DNA of 64,000 bases from sequence record PP400786, one strand, 5' to 3'. A program made the position numbers and the translations under genes. Source of the stretch: Escherichia phage FL12. The stretch's first letter is position 1; every line of letters starts with the position of its first letter. Shown here piece by piece: positions 1 through 10,026 of this stretch. The notes beneath the pieces were generated by a model. The model saw nothing but the letters and a program-made list of their open reading frames with translations. It searched no databases and was not told where the DNA came from.

Positions 1-147
1 ACCATCTAATTTACACACTAAAAAGTAAAATCCAGGTTTAGATAAAATATCTTTATGCGGAGTTCCCAAAAACCATTCACCGTTCTTGATTGTACCAATA
101 ACGGTAGCGCCTGCGTTGTTCAGATCAGTAACAGTCATATATTTCAT
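1..147 (-). CDS. ndd: Ndd-like nucleoid disruption protein, N-terminal part; gene runs off the window start
   Basis: ATG near 145-147 preceded by GAGGAA RBS; frame open to position 1; N-terminus [21 protein letters not shown]... recalled as T4 Ndd-like; lies beyond denB as in T4. Confidence 0.5.
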   Translation of the reverse strand, partial: MKYMTVTDLNNAGATVIGTIKNGEWFLGTPHKDILSKPGFYFLVCKLDG

Positions 148-207
148 ATTAATTTCCTCTAAATTATTTTCTACTCCAAGGCCGCATGAATACACACGGC
201 CATTAAA

Positions 208-423
208 TTAATCGTCGCAGTCGACGCTCAATTCCCAGAATTCTTCTACGGTATAAGTTTCAGTATCATTTTCAATACAGAAACGTTCATTACTGTTATT
301 TGCTAAAGTAGCGTTAACTGTCATTTTCTCGCTGGTGCTCTTGAGAGGTGAAATACGAATTAACTGATCACCACTATCCAAGCAAAAAATTTCACCAACT
401 TTTACATCTTTAAAACTTTTCAT
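208..423 (-). CDS. hypothetical small protein (ndd.x position)
   Basis: 71 aa ORF with GAGGTGA RBS upstream of ATG. Confidence 0.5.
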   Translation of the reverse strand: MKSFKDVKVGEIFCLDSGDQLIRISPLKSTSEKMTVNATLANNSNERFCIENDTETYTVEEFWELSVDCDD

Positions 424-538
424 AATTCACCTCAAGGAGTATAAAATCCAAATGCAGTTGTTGACCATCCCATCCAATATGGAAAATTTGCGCCAATGTA
501 AAACATAAGAATATAAAACCAAATGTTTAGTAAATTCA

Positions 539-757
539 TTATTTTACACCATTCCAAATTGTTTCAACCACAGATTTTAAACCATTTTGATGAATATCAA
601 TTCCGACTACCGCCATCAAATAGATTCCAACTACAACTGAACCCAAGGCGAAAATCAACATGAAAATGAATAAAGCCGGAAAAATATTATCGAAAAACCA
701 TTCCATAAATGTAAAAGCACTGCGTTTACGCTTCATATTTTCCTCACATAAATCCAA
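539..757 (-). CDS. small hydrophobic membrane protein
   Basis: 72 aa ORF, largely hydrophobic (predicted TM helices). Confidence 0.45.
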   Translation of the reverse strand: MDLCEENMKRKRSAFTFMEWFFDNIFPALFIFMLIFALGSVVVGIYLMAVVGIDIHQNGLKSVVETIWNGVK

Positions 758-856
758 AGTAAGCGTTTAATACATCAATCATTAAAACGATTGGGAATAT
801 ACTCAAAACTACTAGTATTATAACTACATTCCATATAGCTTTAACAATCTTTTTCA
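744..856 (-). CDS. small membrane peptide (about 37 aa; ORF-track start at 992 trimmed)
   Basis: Internal ATG (MKKIVKAIW...) directly follows promoter plus GGAGGA leader; the longer track ORF would read through the promoter. Confidence 0.4.
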
Positions 857-879
857 TTTTCTGTTCCTCCGTAGTTGAT

Positions 880-916
880 AGGGTAATAATACCACAGAGG
901 AACAGTCTTGTAAACA
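880..916 (-). promoter_or_regulatory. T4-type early promoter (GTTTAC, 18 nt, TATTAT) with conserved GGAGGA leader
   Basis: Minus strand GTTTACAAGACTGTTCCTCTGTGGTATTAT; leader ...CTATCAACTACGGAGGAACAGAAAATG. Confidence 0.5.
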
Positions 917-1100
917 ACTTTTTTAAAAATATTCGTAATAAATGTGAATACCAATCACTACTGCCGAAACTTGCGCAACCCACCACGCACAAGCAATAAG
1001 TACAGAATTCAAAATCTTCATAATAACCTCATCACAAAAGTAAATGTTAAACAAATTAATGGAATACTAATTAACCAAACAAAACACCACCATAATGAAC

Positions 1101-1364
1101 TCATAGTTCAATCTCAGCGATTTTCATTTCATTACTATTAATAGCCGCTTTAAGACTATCTGAAAGAATTACATTCCAGTGGTCATTCATATGACCATTA
1201 ACTAAGCGTGTAATTTCTTCAGGAGTTGAAAAATAAGGCGTATCAGACTCCCAATGCGATAGTCCCAAGCGAGTATAAATCATACCTTCATCATCGCTAG
1301 AATATTCAACTGACACAAACTCATCAGTTATTTTATGTTTAGCGTAATAAAATTTAAATTTCAT
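1101..1364 (-). CDS. hypothetical protein
   Basis: 87 aa ORF; ATG preceded by conserved leader ending GGAGGAGT. Confidence 0.55.
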   Translation of the reverse strand: MKFKFYYAKHKITDEFVSVEYSSDDEGMIYTRLGLSHWESDTPYFSTPEEITRLVNGHMNDHWNVILSDSLKAAINSNEMKIAEIEL

Positions 1365-1389
1365 TTTTACTCCTCCGTAGCTGATAGTT

Positions 1390-1422
1390 GTATAGTACCA
1401 CAGTCCTTGTGGTTTGTAAACC
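1390..1422 (-). promoter_or_regulatory. T4-type early promoter plus conserved leader
   Basis: Minus strand GTTTACAAACCACAAGGACTGTGGTACTAT then ACAACTATCAGCTACGGAGGAGT. Confidence 0.5.
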
Positions 1423-1436
1423 GTTTTGTGAAATTT

Positions 1437-1994
1437 TTAAATGGAAAGATACCATCCGTTGTAGTTGCTTTTTCTTACAACTTTACGAAGGTCTTCTCTA
1501 TCACCGATGAACTTCGGAGTGTACTGGATGACACCTGGATGAATTTCTTTAGTGTTGAATATAATTATACAGTCAGCGACTTGGTGATTCAGAATGGGCC
1601 CTAGATTTATTCCAGAACCATATGGATACTCTCCGCTGCATCCGGTTGTTACCGAAATCCAACGTGAGTCAGTTTGATGTGTTTTGACTTCTACACGAAG
1701 CCCACAGTATTTTGGATGCGCCAGTACATCCCATGCGTACGTATACGGGTCATTAACATCCTCTTGGCCTTTGTTAACATACCCACTCAGCCAATCTGCT
1801 ACAAAAAACTCTGCATACACAGCGATACGGCATCTTTCGATAACTTCTGCTTTATCCTGGTTCGGGTTTTGTTTTAAAGAGTATCTTGCTGTATCAGCAA
1901 TTTTGACCTTCATTTCACTAGTCAAGTCACTGTTCGATAGGGTAAATGACGGAATCTGAAATAGTCTCTGCAAACCCGGATTCGTTTTCTGCAT
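1437..1994 (-). CDS. denB: DenB-like endonuclease IV (by position and size)
   Basis: 185 aa ORF immediately downstream of rIIB region; T4 DenB is 185 aa in the same position. Confidence 0.5.
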   Translation of the reverse strand: MQKTNPGLQRLFQIPSFTLSNSDLTSEMKVKIADTARYSLKQNPNQDKAEVIERCRIAVYAEFFVADWLSGYVNKGQEDVNDPYTYAWDVLAHPKYCGLRVEVKTHQTDSRWISVTTGCSGEYPYGSGINLGPILNHQVADCIIIFNTKEIHPGVIQYTPKFIGDREDLRKVVRKSNYNGWYLSI

Positions 1995-2057
1995 TTAAAC
2001 TTTCCTTTATGTCGGAATCACTGATATTCATATAAATCATAATTTCTCTTAAAACAA

Positions 2058-2075
2058 AAGGGCCGAAGCCCTTAT
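2058..2075 (-). terminator. UUCG-tetraloop hairpin plus U-tract
   Basis: Minus strand AAGGGC-UUCG-GCCCUU followed by UUGUUUU. Confidence 0.6.
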
Positions 2076-2076
2076 T

Positions 2077-2271
2077 TTATTTGAATTGTGCAATTCTTTT
2101 CTCTAAACAGTCAGCATAAGATTTCATTGAGATAAACTGCGAAAGTAACAGTTCTTGCTCAACTGCACTAACTGTTAGAAACTTTGTGCTTTCTAAAAAT
2201 TTGCTCAGTGCATTAATTTTGAGCATTAATTGATCGTATTCTTCTTTTACTCGTGCTTGATAACCTAACAT
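2077..2271 (-). CDS. hypothetical small protein (rIIB.1 position)
   Basis: 64 aa ORF, followed by UUCG hairpin terminator. Confidence 0.5.
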   Translation of the reverse strand: MLGYQARVKEEYDQLMLKINALSKFLESTKFLTVSAVEQELLLSQFISMKSYADCLEKRIAQFK

Positions 2272-2279
2272 AATTTTCC

Positions 2280-3218
2280 TTATTTAAATTGTTCAGTAAC
2301 GTCTTCAACTACTTCGTATTGGCAGGTACGCATTTTAGCATCGTTGTAATCAATTGGAATTGATACTACATCACGAGGATGCACTTTAACTTTTACAACT
2401 CGGCTAGTTGAACTGCCAAAGTGACGAATATAAGATTTAGAACACACATGCAGACCACGAGAACAAGTTTGTGTATCATCGTCATTCACACGAGTGCGTG
2501 GCATTTTAACTACTTTACCAGGACTGTTATCAAAGGTATTTGAGTGACAGTCAAAGTAATTGCTGCGAACTACTTTCCAAGCATAGAAGTAGCCGTCTTC
2601 TGTAATTTCAATATCGTTTGCTACCAAGAAATCAAAGAGTCGAGATACCGCTTTTTGGCTCGGGTTTTCCAACAGATTTTCCAAGAACGGAAAATAAAAT
2701 TCAAAGTTTTCGCCTTTTTCCATCGAATCGAGAATACGATCAACTAAACCAGACCGCAATTCAATATTTTGATAGAACAGGCTTCCACCTTCAATTCGAA
2801 CATCACCGGAAATATATTTTTCAACAGCGCGACGAACGTTAATTTTTTGCGCAGCTTCTTCTAATTTATCTGCAACAAGCAGATTAAGAATTTCCTGGAA
2901 GTTTGAATGAGTATTAGGAGTTGCGTTATAAGTTACACCATCAACAGTAATTGAAATGAATTTTTTAGATGCATTCCAAATAATGTCAGATTTAGCAACT
3001 GGAGCAATAGCTACATCACTCTTAACTTCAACTGTAATGTCACCGCTAATGGTAACTTTGGAGCGTTCAGCTTCTTCAGCATTTTTCAAAACACGACGGA
3101 TTGTGTCAACAGATACACCTTGCCAATCAGCCAATTCCTGTTGGGTGTAATTACCACTTGAATACAGTTTGACAATTTCAGCTTGTTCGTTTTTGGTCAG
3201 GCATTTAATATTGTACAT
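2280..3218 (-). CDS. rIIB: rIIB protein
   Basis: 312 aa, same length as T4 rIIB; N-terminus MYNIKCLTKNEQAEIVKLY...; directly downstream of rIIA. Confidence 0.8.
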   Translation of the reverse strand: MYNIKCLTKNEQAEIVKLYSSGNYTQQELADWQGVSVDTIRRVLKNAEEAERSKVTISGDITVEVKSDVAIAPVAKSDIIWNASKKFISITVDGVTYNATPNTHSNFQEILNLLVADKLEEAAQKINVRRAVEKYISGDVRIEGGSLFYQNIELRSGLVDRILDSMEKGENFEFYFPFLENLLENPSQKAVSRLFDFLVANDIEITEDGYFYAWKVVRSNYFDCHSNTFDNSPGKVVKMPRTRVNDDDTQTCSRGLHVCSKSYIRHFGSSTSRVVKVKVHPRDVVSIPIDYNDAKMRTCQYEVVEDVTEQFK

Positions 3219-3229
3219 AATTTTCCTTA

Positions 3230-5407
3230 TTAGGCCGCAAGGGCCTTCATAGTTTTAGCGATTTGGGAAACTTCATCATCACTTAAAGAGTTGCGATAAC
3301 CGATGAAGTCGGAAACAATACGGAATTTCTTGGTAAACTCAGCAACCATTTTATCACTGTTTTTTGAAGCATTATTTGATAATACATCAAAAAGATTAGT
3401 TACTGTCCAGATGTCATGACCGATGGTATCTTTTCCACCGTTGAAATATATACCCTGCAATGAACTAACCATATTACCAAGGCGAGTATATTCTTCGGAA
3501 ACTTCATCTACACTGAAGTACTTCATCATAAAATCTAGTTCAGGATACTTAATAATTTTATCAATATATCGTTTAGCTGAACTTGAATAACCTACATACT
3601 TATCATAATCTACAGCATCAAAAGCATCTACATATAAATCACGCAGAGTTTCAAAAATACATTGGCACTGACCGAGTTCTTTTACCTTTTTCTGTAAAAG
3701 CGGACGAATAACATAAAATTCATTAATGCCAATAAGATTAGCCATACGAGTCAAAATACTCGTAGACGGATTACAAAGCGATGTAGTACCATCCATAGAG
3801 AAAATATCAGAACGATGCATGTATGCTACATAACCAGTAATTTCATCTGCTTCTGACGTAAGTGTAAACAGTTCCTCTTTTTCCCAACGCCCGTCTTTAA
3901 TTTCAAACTTAAATGCTGTAGCAGCTTTAGGACGAGGAGCTTTACTTTTAACTACCTTTGGAATATAGCTTTTAACTAAAGCTTCAATTTCTGACAAATA
4001 ATGAATGTTAACTTCATCACTTTCAAACATTGCCATAATATCAGGGAGTAAATCAATCTGCGATTCTACTTCCGGATTAATAAACAGAAGACGCTCATTG
4101 TGATGAATATTCAAAGTGTTATTAAATTCACTATCATCTAATGCACGTGCTAATCCACGGACAATATTAACACGATTTTTAATATTATCAATAACAATAT
4201 TAATTTTTGTCGTATTAATACCAAACAGACGATAACTTGATGCAACGGCTGAAGTTTCATGGCTTTGCTTAATGCGTTTCAGTCGAGGGTCAAGATTTAC
4301 TTCATACACAACCCCTGCATTGCATAACTTACTGTCAGGTTCAAACATGCTCTGCATCTTTTTATATGACAGATTTTTAGTCGTGAATTTGACTGAATTA
4401 CTAATCATATAATCTCGAGCAGAATACCCCATCTTCATTAATTCACGATATGTGTGACGAGGAGATGTAGATTCTTTAAATCGTTTTACATCTTCATTAA
4501 ATGCTTTCTCACTGAGTTCTTTAACTCGTTCAATAATATTTTTACGAGTGCGATCGTCTAATGAAAGAGCTTCGCGTGATGGGGCAATATCAAGTGAACC
4601 CATTGGAAATTTAATGTAATTCACTTCATTGCGAATGCTTAGCCAGTTACGGTCTCTAATAACACCATCGATAGGATAAACAATACCGCCATAGATAGCA
4701 TATAATCCACCGCGATCAGGCCAGTATCTTTCTGGATTTACACCGTAATAGTCATCAAAATCCGGAAAATAATCAACTTCACGGTCAAGACCATTAATGA
4801 TAGCCAAATCTTTGAACGGTCGCATGATATAAGAAACTTCATAAGCAAAGTTTCTAAAGTCTTTTTCTTCAACTGGAACTACGATTTCAATACCAGTTTT
4901 ATCATCTGGACCCATTTCTTTTACGAATGTAGGTTTAATCTGTGGACCATCACCGTCCATATAAGCTACATAACCACGAATTTCACCTTTATGGTATGAA
5001 GTAATACTAAACGTATCAGTATAACTAAATGGAGATTTAGAACCTAAACCAAATCCGCCAATAAAGTCATTAGATTCAGCCTTAGATGAACTAAAGTATG
5101 AATTATACAACCCAGGAGAATTATCATCACCTTGAATATCAAAATCACTCATACCCGGACCAAAATCTCGACAAACAAATCGTGGGTCTAAACGTCCAGG
5201 AACTTGTATGATAAATTTTTCAGGATTTCCATTAAGTGCATGGGCATCAATCATGTTAGTAATTAATTCACGGACTACTGCGCGAATCTTGTTTGTATAC
5301 AAATCAGATGACAGAATTTTAAATACTTTAGGAGATGCTGTGATGCTAAATGCTTTTGATTTAGAACCATTACCAAGAATTGTTTCTTTTTCAGTGGTGA
5401 TAATCAT
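3230..5407 (-). CDS. rIIA: rIIA protein (GHKL-type ATPase domain)
   Basis: 725 aa, same length as T4 rIIA; N-terminal histidine-kinase-like ATPase motifs ([21 protein letters not shown]). Confidence 0.85.
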   Translation of the reverse strand: MIITTEKETILGNGSKSKAFSITASPKVFKILSSDLYTNKIRAVVRELITNMIDAHALNGNPEKFIIQVPGRLDPRFVCRDFGPGMSDFDIQGDDNSPGLYNSYFSSSKAESNDFIGGFGLGSKSPFSYTDTFSITSYHKGEIRGYVAYMDGDGPQIKPTFVKEMGPDDKTGIEIVVPVEEKDFRNFAYEVSYIMRPFKDLAIINGLDREVDYFPDFDDYYGVNPERYWPDRGGLYAIYGGIVYPIDGVIRDRNWLSIRNEVNYIKFPMGSLDIAPSREALSLDDRTRKNIIERVKELSEKAFNEDVKRFKESTSPRHTYRELMKMGYSARDYMISNSVKFTTKNLSYKKMQSMFEPDSKLCNAGVVYEVNLDPRLKRIKQSHETSAVASSYRLFGINTTKINIVIDNIKNRVNIVRGLARALDDSEFNNTLNIHHNERLLFINPEVESQIDLLPDIMAMFESDEVNIHYLSEIEALVKSYIPKVVKSKAPRPKAATAFKFEIKDGRWEKEELFTLTSEADEITGYVAYMHRSDIFSMDGTTSLCNPSTSILTRMANLIGINEFYVIRPLLQKKVKELGQCQCIFETLRDLYVDAFDAVDYDKYVGYSSSAKRYIDKIIKYPELDFMMKYFSVDEVSEEYTRLGNMVSSLQGIYFNGGKDTIGHDIWTVTNLFDVLSNNASKNSDKMVAEFTKKFRIVSDFIGYRNSLSDDEVSQIAKTMKALAA

Positions 5408-5417
5408 AATTTCCTCA

Positions 5418-5621
5418 TTAATTCATATTACGCTTAATAACTTCGGCAACTTCTAGTAGTTCATCTTTAGTTGCGGTGTCGGATTGAATTTTATCTCTAA
5501 TATCCTTAAAGCGGTTTTTAAATTCTTCGGCTTCTCCCATATCGAAAAAGCGTTGAATGATTCTATATTCTCGATGAACTGCTTTATCAAAAAGTTCTAA
5601 ATTTACTTTATATGATTTCAT
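5418..5621 (-). CDS. rIIA.1-like small protein
   Basis: 67 aa ORF immediately upstream of rIIA. Confidence 0.5.
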   Translation of the reverse strand: MKSYKVNLELFDKAVHREYRIIQRFFDMGEAEEFKNRFKDIRDKIQSDTATKDELLEVAEVIKRNMN

Positions 5622-5645
5622 TTCAATATCCTCATTTGCCCAATT

Positions 5646-5677
5646 AATTATACCACATCCTTGTGGTAAAGTAAACT
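5646..5677 (-). promoter_or_regulatory. T4-type early promoter upstream of rIIA.1/rIIA
   Basis: Minus strand GTTTAC-TTTACCACAAGGATGTGG-TATAAT. Confidence 0.5.
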
Positions 5678-5777
5678 ACTGGCTCATCCATTCTTTACGA
5701 AGGTCAGGATTAAATGGGACTGCACGAGATGGGATAAACATAACTTTCATAATTAAGCCTTATTAAAATTAAAACGA

Positions 5778-5793
5778 AGCTCCCGAAGGAGCT
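5778..5793 (-). terminator. UUCG-tetraloop hairpin plus U-tract after HNH gene
   Basis: Minus strand AGCUCC-UUCG-GGAGCU followed by UCGUUUUAAUUUU. Confidence 0.6.
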
Positions 5794-6605
5794 TAGGACA
5801 TCCAACACATTTTATAACCTTTGCAGGTTCTGTTAGGATTATTTAATGCTTTCAATATATTAGAAGACCCTATATCTAAATACTCCCTTAATTCATAAAG
5901 ATAGTTAAAATCAACAGTTTCACCTGTTTTTACACTTGTGATTCTTATAGGCCTTCTTTCATATTTAGATTTATACAACTCTCTAGTCTTAGCTTTAGTT
6001 TCTTCTGACCTAGGAGTGTATGGTTTAAATCCTTTTGTTTTAAATGTTTCCATTCTTGATTTAGTTATTTTATCCTGGTGTTCTTTTGTTTTTACAGGTG
6101 CTTTTCGCCCATTCTCCCAAGATAACTTGTTGGCCTGTATTATTTTATCTATTGCTTCTTGCGTATGAGTTTTACCATAAAATGGATTTAATTCGCCTAT
6201 ACGTTGTGAAGCAATATGTGACATTAATTCTCTTGTTGCTTTAGTATGTTTTTTACCTTTAAATGGGTTGCCATTTTTAGCAATCCATTCTTTCATAAAT
6301 CTAGAGTGCTCTTTAGAGAATTCTTGTTTAAGCCAATCATAATCTCTAGAATTTCTAGCTCCCATGTAAAAAGCTCTAATAGCCATAAGCATAGAACGGT
6401 TCTTATGAATTTTATAAAGCAATAAATGGGCGATAAAATGCTCTCTAGGGGTCATTTTAACTAGATTTGATTTAGCATTACTCCCGCCCATAGATTTAGG
6501 CAAAATATGGTGAGTTTCAGTATAATTAGGAATAGTGCTGCGGTTTTTAGCCGCAGCGATAAGTTTATCATAAATTTTACGATAATTCATTATCGTAGCA
6601 TCCAA
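5793..6605 (-). CDS. HNH homing endonuclease (Mob-type) with NUMOD-like repeats
   Basis: 270 aa; HNH motif ETHHILPKSMGGSN...REH; repeated NPF(Y/K)GK(T/K)HT motifs; sits between rIIA.1 and gp39 as mobA does in T4; 5' end overlaps gp39 3' end. Confidence 0.75.
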   Translation of the reverse strand: MDATIMNYRKIYDKLIAAAKNRSTIPNYTETHHILPKSMGGSNAKSNLVKMTPREHFIAHLLLYKIHKNRSMLMAIRAFYMGARNSRDYDWLKQEFSKEHSRFMKEWIAKNGNPFKGKKHTKATRELMSHIASQRIGELNPFYGKTHTQEAIDKIIQANKLSWENGRKAPVKTKEHQDKITKSRMETFKTKGFKPYTPRSEETKAKTRELYKSKYERRPIRITSVKTGETVDFNYLYELREYLDIGSSNILKALNNPNRTCKGYKMCWMS

Positions 6606-8410
6606 TCTTTACGGAGTTCAGGGTCGTTACCCATGAGCATTTCAAATAGTTCTTTCCAATTTTCAGGAAGTTTAACTACGTCGTACACAGGGTTTTGAAT
6701 CATTTCTTTATATTCATCCCGCTGAAGTGAGCCCAATCCCTTGATGTATCGAATACTATGCTTAGGCAGTGTATCTTTAGCTTCTTCATACTCAGCTACA
6801 GTATAAAACCATTTTTGAGTTTTGCCAATTTGTGCAATAATTACAGGCGTTTTAACAAAGCGAATACGTCCTTGTTCAAACAATTCAGGCCAATTACTAA
6901 AGAAAGCAAGCAAAGCCGGATAAATACTTCCAAGTCCGTCATGATCGGCATCGGTCATAATAGCAATATTATGATAATTCAAGTTTTCAGCTTTTTCACC
7001 GAGAACTAATCCAGTGATTGCGCAAATATCAAATAGTTCTTTGTTTTTAAGCATATCTGCATAAGACATACCCCAACTGTTGAGAACTTTACCACGCAAT
7101 GGATAACCACCGTGAAGTTCTTTATCACGAACATCAATAAGATATCCGATAGCAGAATCACCCTCAGTCAAGAAAAGAGTAGTGTCAGCATCTTTACCAC
7201 AAAGATTCGCTTTGATATGTTTATGAACCTTAGCTTTAGAAGCCTTTTTAGCTGCCTTTGTTTCTGCTGCTTTTTCTGCCGCCAATTTACGAGCTAGTGC
7301 AGCTTCAATAATCGGCATTAAAATTGCTTCATTATTCAAAATAGCACGTGAAATCTTTTTAGCATCAAGTTGAATATGACTACGGATTTCACCAAATGGA
7401 GAAGTCAAACGCTCTTTAGTTTGAGAATCAAATCGCATGTTTTTCATATCACGAACAAACATAACGATAGTCAAACATTCTTTGACACGCGCTTTAGTTA
7501 CATCAATTTTGAACTTGCGTTTGATTTGTGGAATAAGGTCTTCACAAATATCATCCATAACACAGTCAATGTGATGGCCACCATTCTTAGTATGAATGTT
7601 ATTCACATAAGTTAATTGACGAAAACCATCCGGTGAACGACCAACCGCAATAGAACAGTTTTCTTGTTCTTGAACGATAGCATGCTCATCATACTGCCGT
7701 GCATATTTCTTAAAATTGCCCTGAACCTTTTTACCATTAAAGGTAAATTGAATATCAGGATAAACAACAGCAAGTGTCTGGAGACGATCCAGTGTAATGT
7801 CAAGATAAACCTGAGACAGCTCATTAGTTTCAAATGACATAAAATCAGGAATGAAAGTAACGCGAGTTCCTTTCCATTTTCCAGGAATATCTTCCCATGA
7901 TTTATTTTCCATGCCGTTTGAACAACGAACTACAATATTATTTTGACCATCGCCAGTTTCACCAACAAACATCACAGAAAAAATGTTTGTCAAACTAGAA
8001 CCAACACCATTCATACCACCGGTGACACGTTCTTTATCATCACCAAAGTTACCACCTGCTTTTGGAATAGTCCATGCAGCAACAGGACCAGGAATTTCTT
8101 CACCGGTAGGTGTTTTAACCATCGCTTGTGGAATACCACGACCGTTATCTTCAACTGTTACTTGATTGTTTTTAATAGTAACATTAATTTTATTTGCGAA
8201 TTTAAACTTAGTACGAATACCTTCATCTACTGAGTTATCGATAATTTCATCAATAAGCTTAACAAGACCAGGTACATACTGAACACTTTCCCATTTACCA
8301 AACAGAAAGCGCTCATGCATTTCATTAGCTGAAGAGCCAATGTACATGCCGCTACGCTTTTTGATATGTTCAATATCGCTCAGAATTTTAATTTCATTCT
8401 TAATCATCAC
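6590..8410 (-). CDS. 39: DNA topoisomerase II large subunit gp39 (GyrB-like ATPase; apparently fused 39+60 form)
   Basis: 606 aa; N-terminus MIKNEIKILSDIEHIKKRSGMYIGS typical of gp39/GyrB; Toprim-like region; single uninterrupted ORF. Confidence 0.85.
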   Translation of the reverse strand: MMIKNEIKILSDIEHIKKRSGMYIGSSANEMHERFLFGKWESVQYVPGLVKLIDEIIDNSVDEGIRTKFKFANKINVTIKNNQVTVEDNGRGIPQAMVKTPTGEEIPGPVAAWTIPKAGGNFGDDKERVTGGMNGVGSSLTNIFSVMFVGETGDGQNNIVVRCSNGMENKSWEDIPGKWKGTRVTFIPDFMSFETNELSQVYLDITLDRLQTLAVVYPDIQFTFNGKKVQGNFKKYARQYDEHAIVQEQENCSIAVGRSPDGFRQLTYVNNIHTKNGGHHIDCVMDDICEDLIPQIKRKFKIDVTKARVKECLTIVMFVRDMKNMRFDSQTKERLTSPFGEIRSHIQLDAKKISRAILNNEAILMPIIEAALARKLAAEKAAETKAAKKASKAKVHKHIKANLCGKDADTTLFLTEGDSAIGYLIDVRDKELHGGYPLRGKVLNSWGMSYADMLKNKELFDICAITGLVLGEKAENLNYHNIAIMTDADHDGLGSIYPALLAFFSNWPELFEQGRIRFVKTPVIIAQIGKTQKWFYTVAEYEEAKDTLPKHSIRYIKGLGSLQRDEYKEMIQNPVYDVVKLPENWKELFEMLMGNDPELRKDWMLR

Positions 8411-8431
8411 TTATCCTCGTTTGGTTTCGGG

Positions 8432-8462
8432 AATATTATACTCCAATAATCATAAAGCTAAA
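8432..8462 (-). promoter_or_regulatory. possible middle promoter (MotA-box-like TAGCTTTA plus TATAAT) upstream of gene 39
   Basis: Minus strand TAGCTTTATGATTATTGGAGTATAAT about 20-50 nt upstream of gp39 ATG. Confidence 0.35.
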
Positions 8463-8477
8463 GGCCCGAAGGCCTTT
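8460..8477 (-). terminator. UUCG-tetraloop hairpin
   Basis: Minus strand AAGGCC-UUCG-GGCCUU. Confidence 0.5.
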
Positions 8478-8746
8478 TATTTAAAACGAATAGTCGAATC
8501 CTTGAAGAATAGTCCAGAACATACTGTTCCTTCTACTTTCTGCCCGGTAGGTCCAATAGCACGAAATCCAGTATGCTGGAAATCATTTTCAGAGCAACCG
8601 AACCAATTATATCCAGTGATTTCAATATTAGTAAAACCACTTGAAGACAAAACTTTGGTTGCATTATCAGCATCAGTACATCCTATTAAAGACACTGCTA
8701 ATACTAATGCTGCAATAGAACGATTAATATATTTCATAATTTTCAC
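8477..8746 (-). CDS. putative lipoprotein
   Basis: 89 aa; signal peptide with lipobox LIGC. Confidence 0.5.
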   Translation of the reverse strand: MKIMKYINRSIAALVLAVSLIGCTDADNATKVLSSSGFTNIEITGYNWFGCSENDFQHTGFRAIGPTGQKVEGTVCSGLFFKDSTIRFK

Positions 8747-9114
8747 TTAAATTTAATGGCTTGAAGGAGACTAATAACTCTCAAGCGACTTCTTTCATCT
8801 TTAACTGTAAAAGAAAGAGGGTCACCAGACTTCATAGTAATAGTGCATTCAAAATCAAAATCTTCAGGAACTTCTTCGAAGAAGTCAAATTCTTCATCAT
8901 AAATTAGAACATTACTCTGAAAACTGTGAAGAATTTTTCCATCATTTCCAGATGCTGTACTAATCATTGTAACATTATTACCTTTCATATCTTCAACGAT
9001 AAATTCGCTTGTAGATATTACAGCATTAATAGAACCATTCCTATAAATAGCAGACATTAGATATTTCTTTTCTTCGCCTTCGCGAATACGATATTTCTTA
9101 CCGATTTTAAACAT
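8743..9114 (-). CDS. hypothetical protein
   Basis: 123 aa ORF in compact minus-strand operon. Confidence 0.5.
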   Translation of the reverse strand: MFKIGKKYRIREGEEKKYLMSAIYRNGSINAVISTSEFIVEDMKGNNVTMISTASGNDGKILHSFQSNVLIYDEEFDFFEEVPEDFDFECTITMKSGDPLSFTVKDERSRLRVISLLQAIKFK

Positions 9115-9116
9115 AA

Positions 9117-9293
9117 TTACCCTTTAAGTAAGTCGTAAAATCCGCCATTCACATGCTTAGGGGCAGAGACTAACCGAATAGCAATCCGATGACAATCAGG
9201 ACATACATCAGTATCTCTTTCAGAAATTTTCTTGATTTTTTCGTATTCTTTTGCGCAGTCTTTTGATTGACATTTATAATCATAAAGCGGCAT
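9117..9293 (-). CDS. FmdB-family-like zinc-ribbon protein (about 58 aa; not in ORF track, coordinates approximate)
   Basis: Hand translation: MPLYDYKCQSKDCAKEYEKI...CPDCHR; two CxxC pairs and MP(L/I)Y(D/E)YxC start typical of FmdB zinc ribbons. Confidence 0.4.
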   Translation of the reverse strand: MPLYDYKCQSKDCAKEYEKIKKISERDTDVCPDCHRIAIRLVSAPKHVNGGFYDLLKG

Positions 9294-9295
9294 AA

Positions 9296-9709
9296 TTATT
9301 CCTTAAAGTGAGCTTTCAACATCTGATACAAGGACCATGCCTGTTCATCATTTTCAATAGTAACTTTCATTACAGGGAATTTAGATTGATCAGTTATCGG
9401 TGCAGATTCTTCCTGCTCTTCAGCTGCCTGGTATGGATTTTCAACTTCATTAAAGAATTCAGCTTCATTCGATGAAAGCCAAATAAAATCTTCATCCAAA
9501 ATATCTTTACCAGAAGATAGTACTAAATTTCCAGCAAATGACATAATTTTAATAGGACGCCCAAGAGCATCCACATCTAAAATTTTAAAAGGATGCATAC
9601 CTAAACGGCGTGCATAGATTCCGTTATCAGTATGGTCTTTAATAAAATTTTCTTGAGCTTGTTTATTTTTAAATTGATACCATTTATTAACTTCAAATTT
9701 AATAGCCAT
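9296..9709 (-). CDS. hypothetical protein (goF position)
   Basis: 137 aa ORF; size and position resemble T4 goF. Confidence 0.45.
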   Translation of the reverse strand: MAIKFEVNKWYQFKNKQAQENFIKDHTDNGIYARRLGMHPFKILDVDALGRPIKIMSFAGNLVLSSGKDILDEDFIWLSSNEAEFFNEVENPYQAAEEQEESAPITDQSKFPVMKVTIENDEQAWSLYQMLKAHFKE

Positions 9710-9927
9710 TAATAAATTTCCTTCCAGTAAGTTGTACCATCTTCAGTGATTTCACGAAATACACCGTAAATTGGTTGTTTATCCCCAACCTTTTCATACA
9801 CATAAACCGAAGTCAAGTGAGTAAACTTAGCAGTGTGTTCCTTTTGAACTACTACCAAATCTGGATCGAATAACACATCTTCAAATTCGTCATTAGTGCA
9901 ATTCTGAACAATTTTACGTTTCATCAT
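9709..9927 (-). CDS. hypothetical small protein (cef position)
   Basis: 72 aa ORF. Confidence 0.45.
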   Translation of the reverse strand: MMKRKIVQNCTNDEFEDVLFDPDLVVVQKEHTAKFTHLTSVYVYEKVGDKQPIYGVFREITEDGTTYWKEIY

Positions 9928-10026
9928 AATTTCCTCATTAATTGAACATTGGAGCGATGCGTTTCAGAAGAGTATCAGCGCACCTTTAACGAATTATTCA
10001 TTTTATTCTCCAAGTTGTTTTCTGTA

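Noticed and set aside
5208-5456. Plus-strand ORFs lying antisense inside long minus-strand genes (this one, and e.g. 7943-8233, 34944-35360, 37356-37739, 46710-46991, 63334-63717)
   Set aside because: No RBS, low-complexity translations, fully embedded opposite well-supported genes; typical antisense shadow ORFs in AT-rich DNA.
6590-8410. Looked for the T4-style split of topoisomerase into genes 39 and 60 with translational bypass
   Set aside because: Single uninterrupted 606-aa ORF; no internal stop or 50-nt gap.
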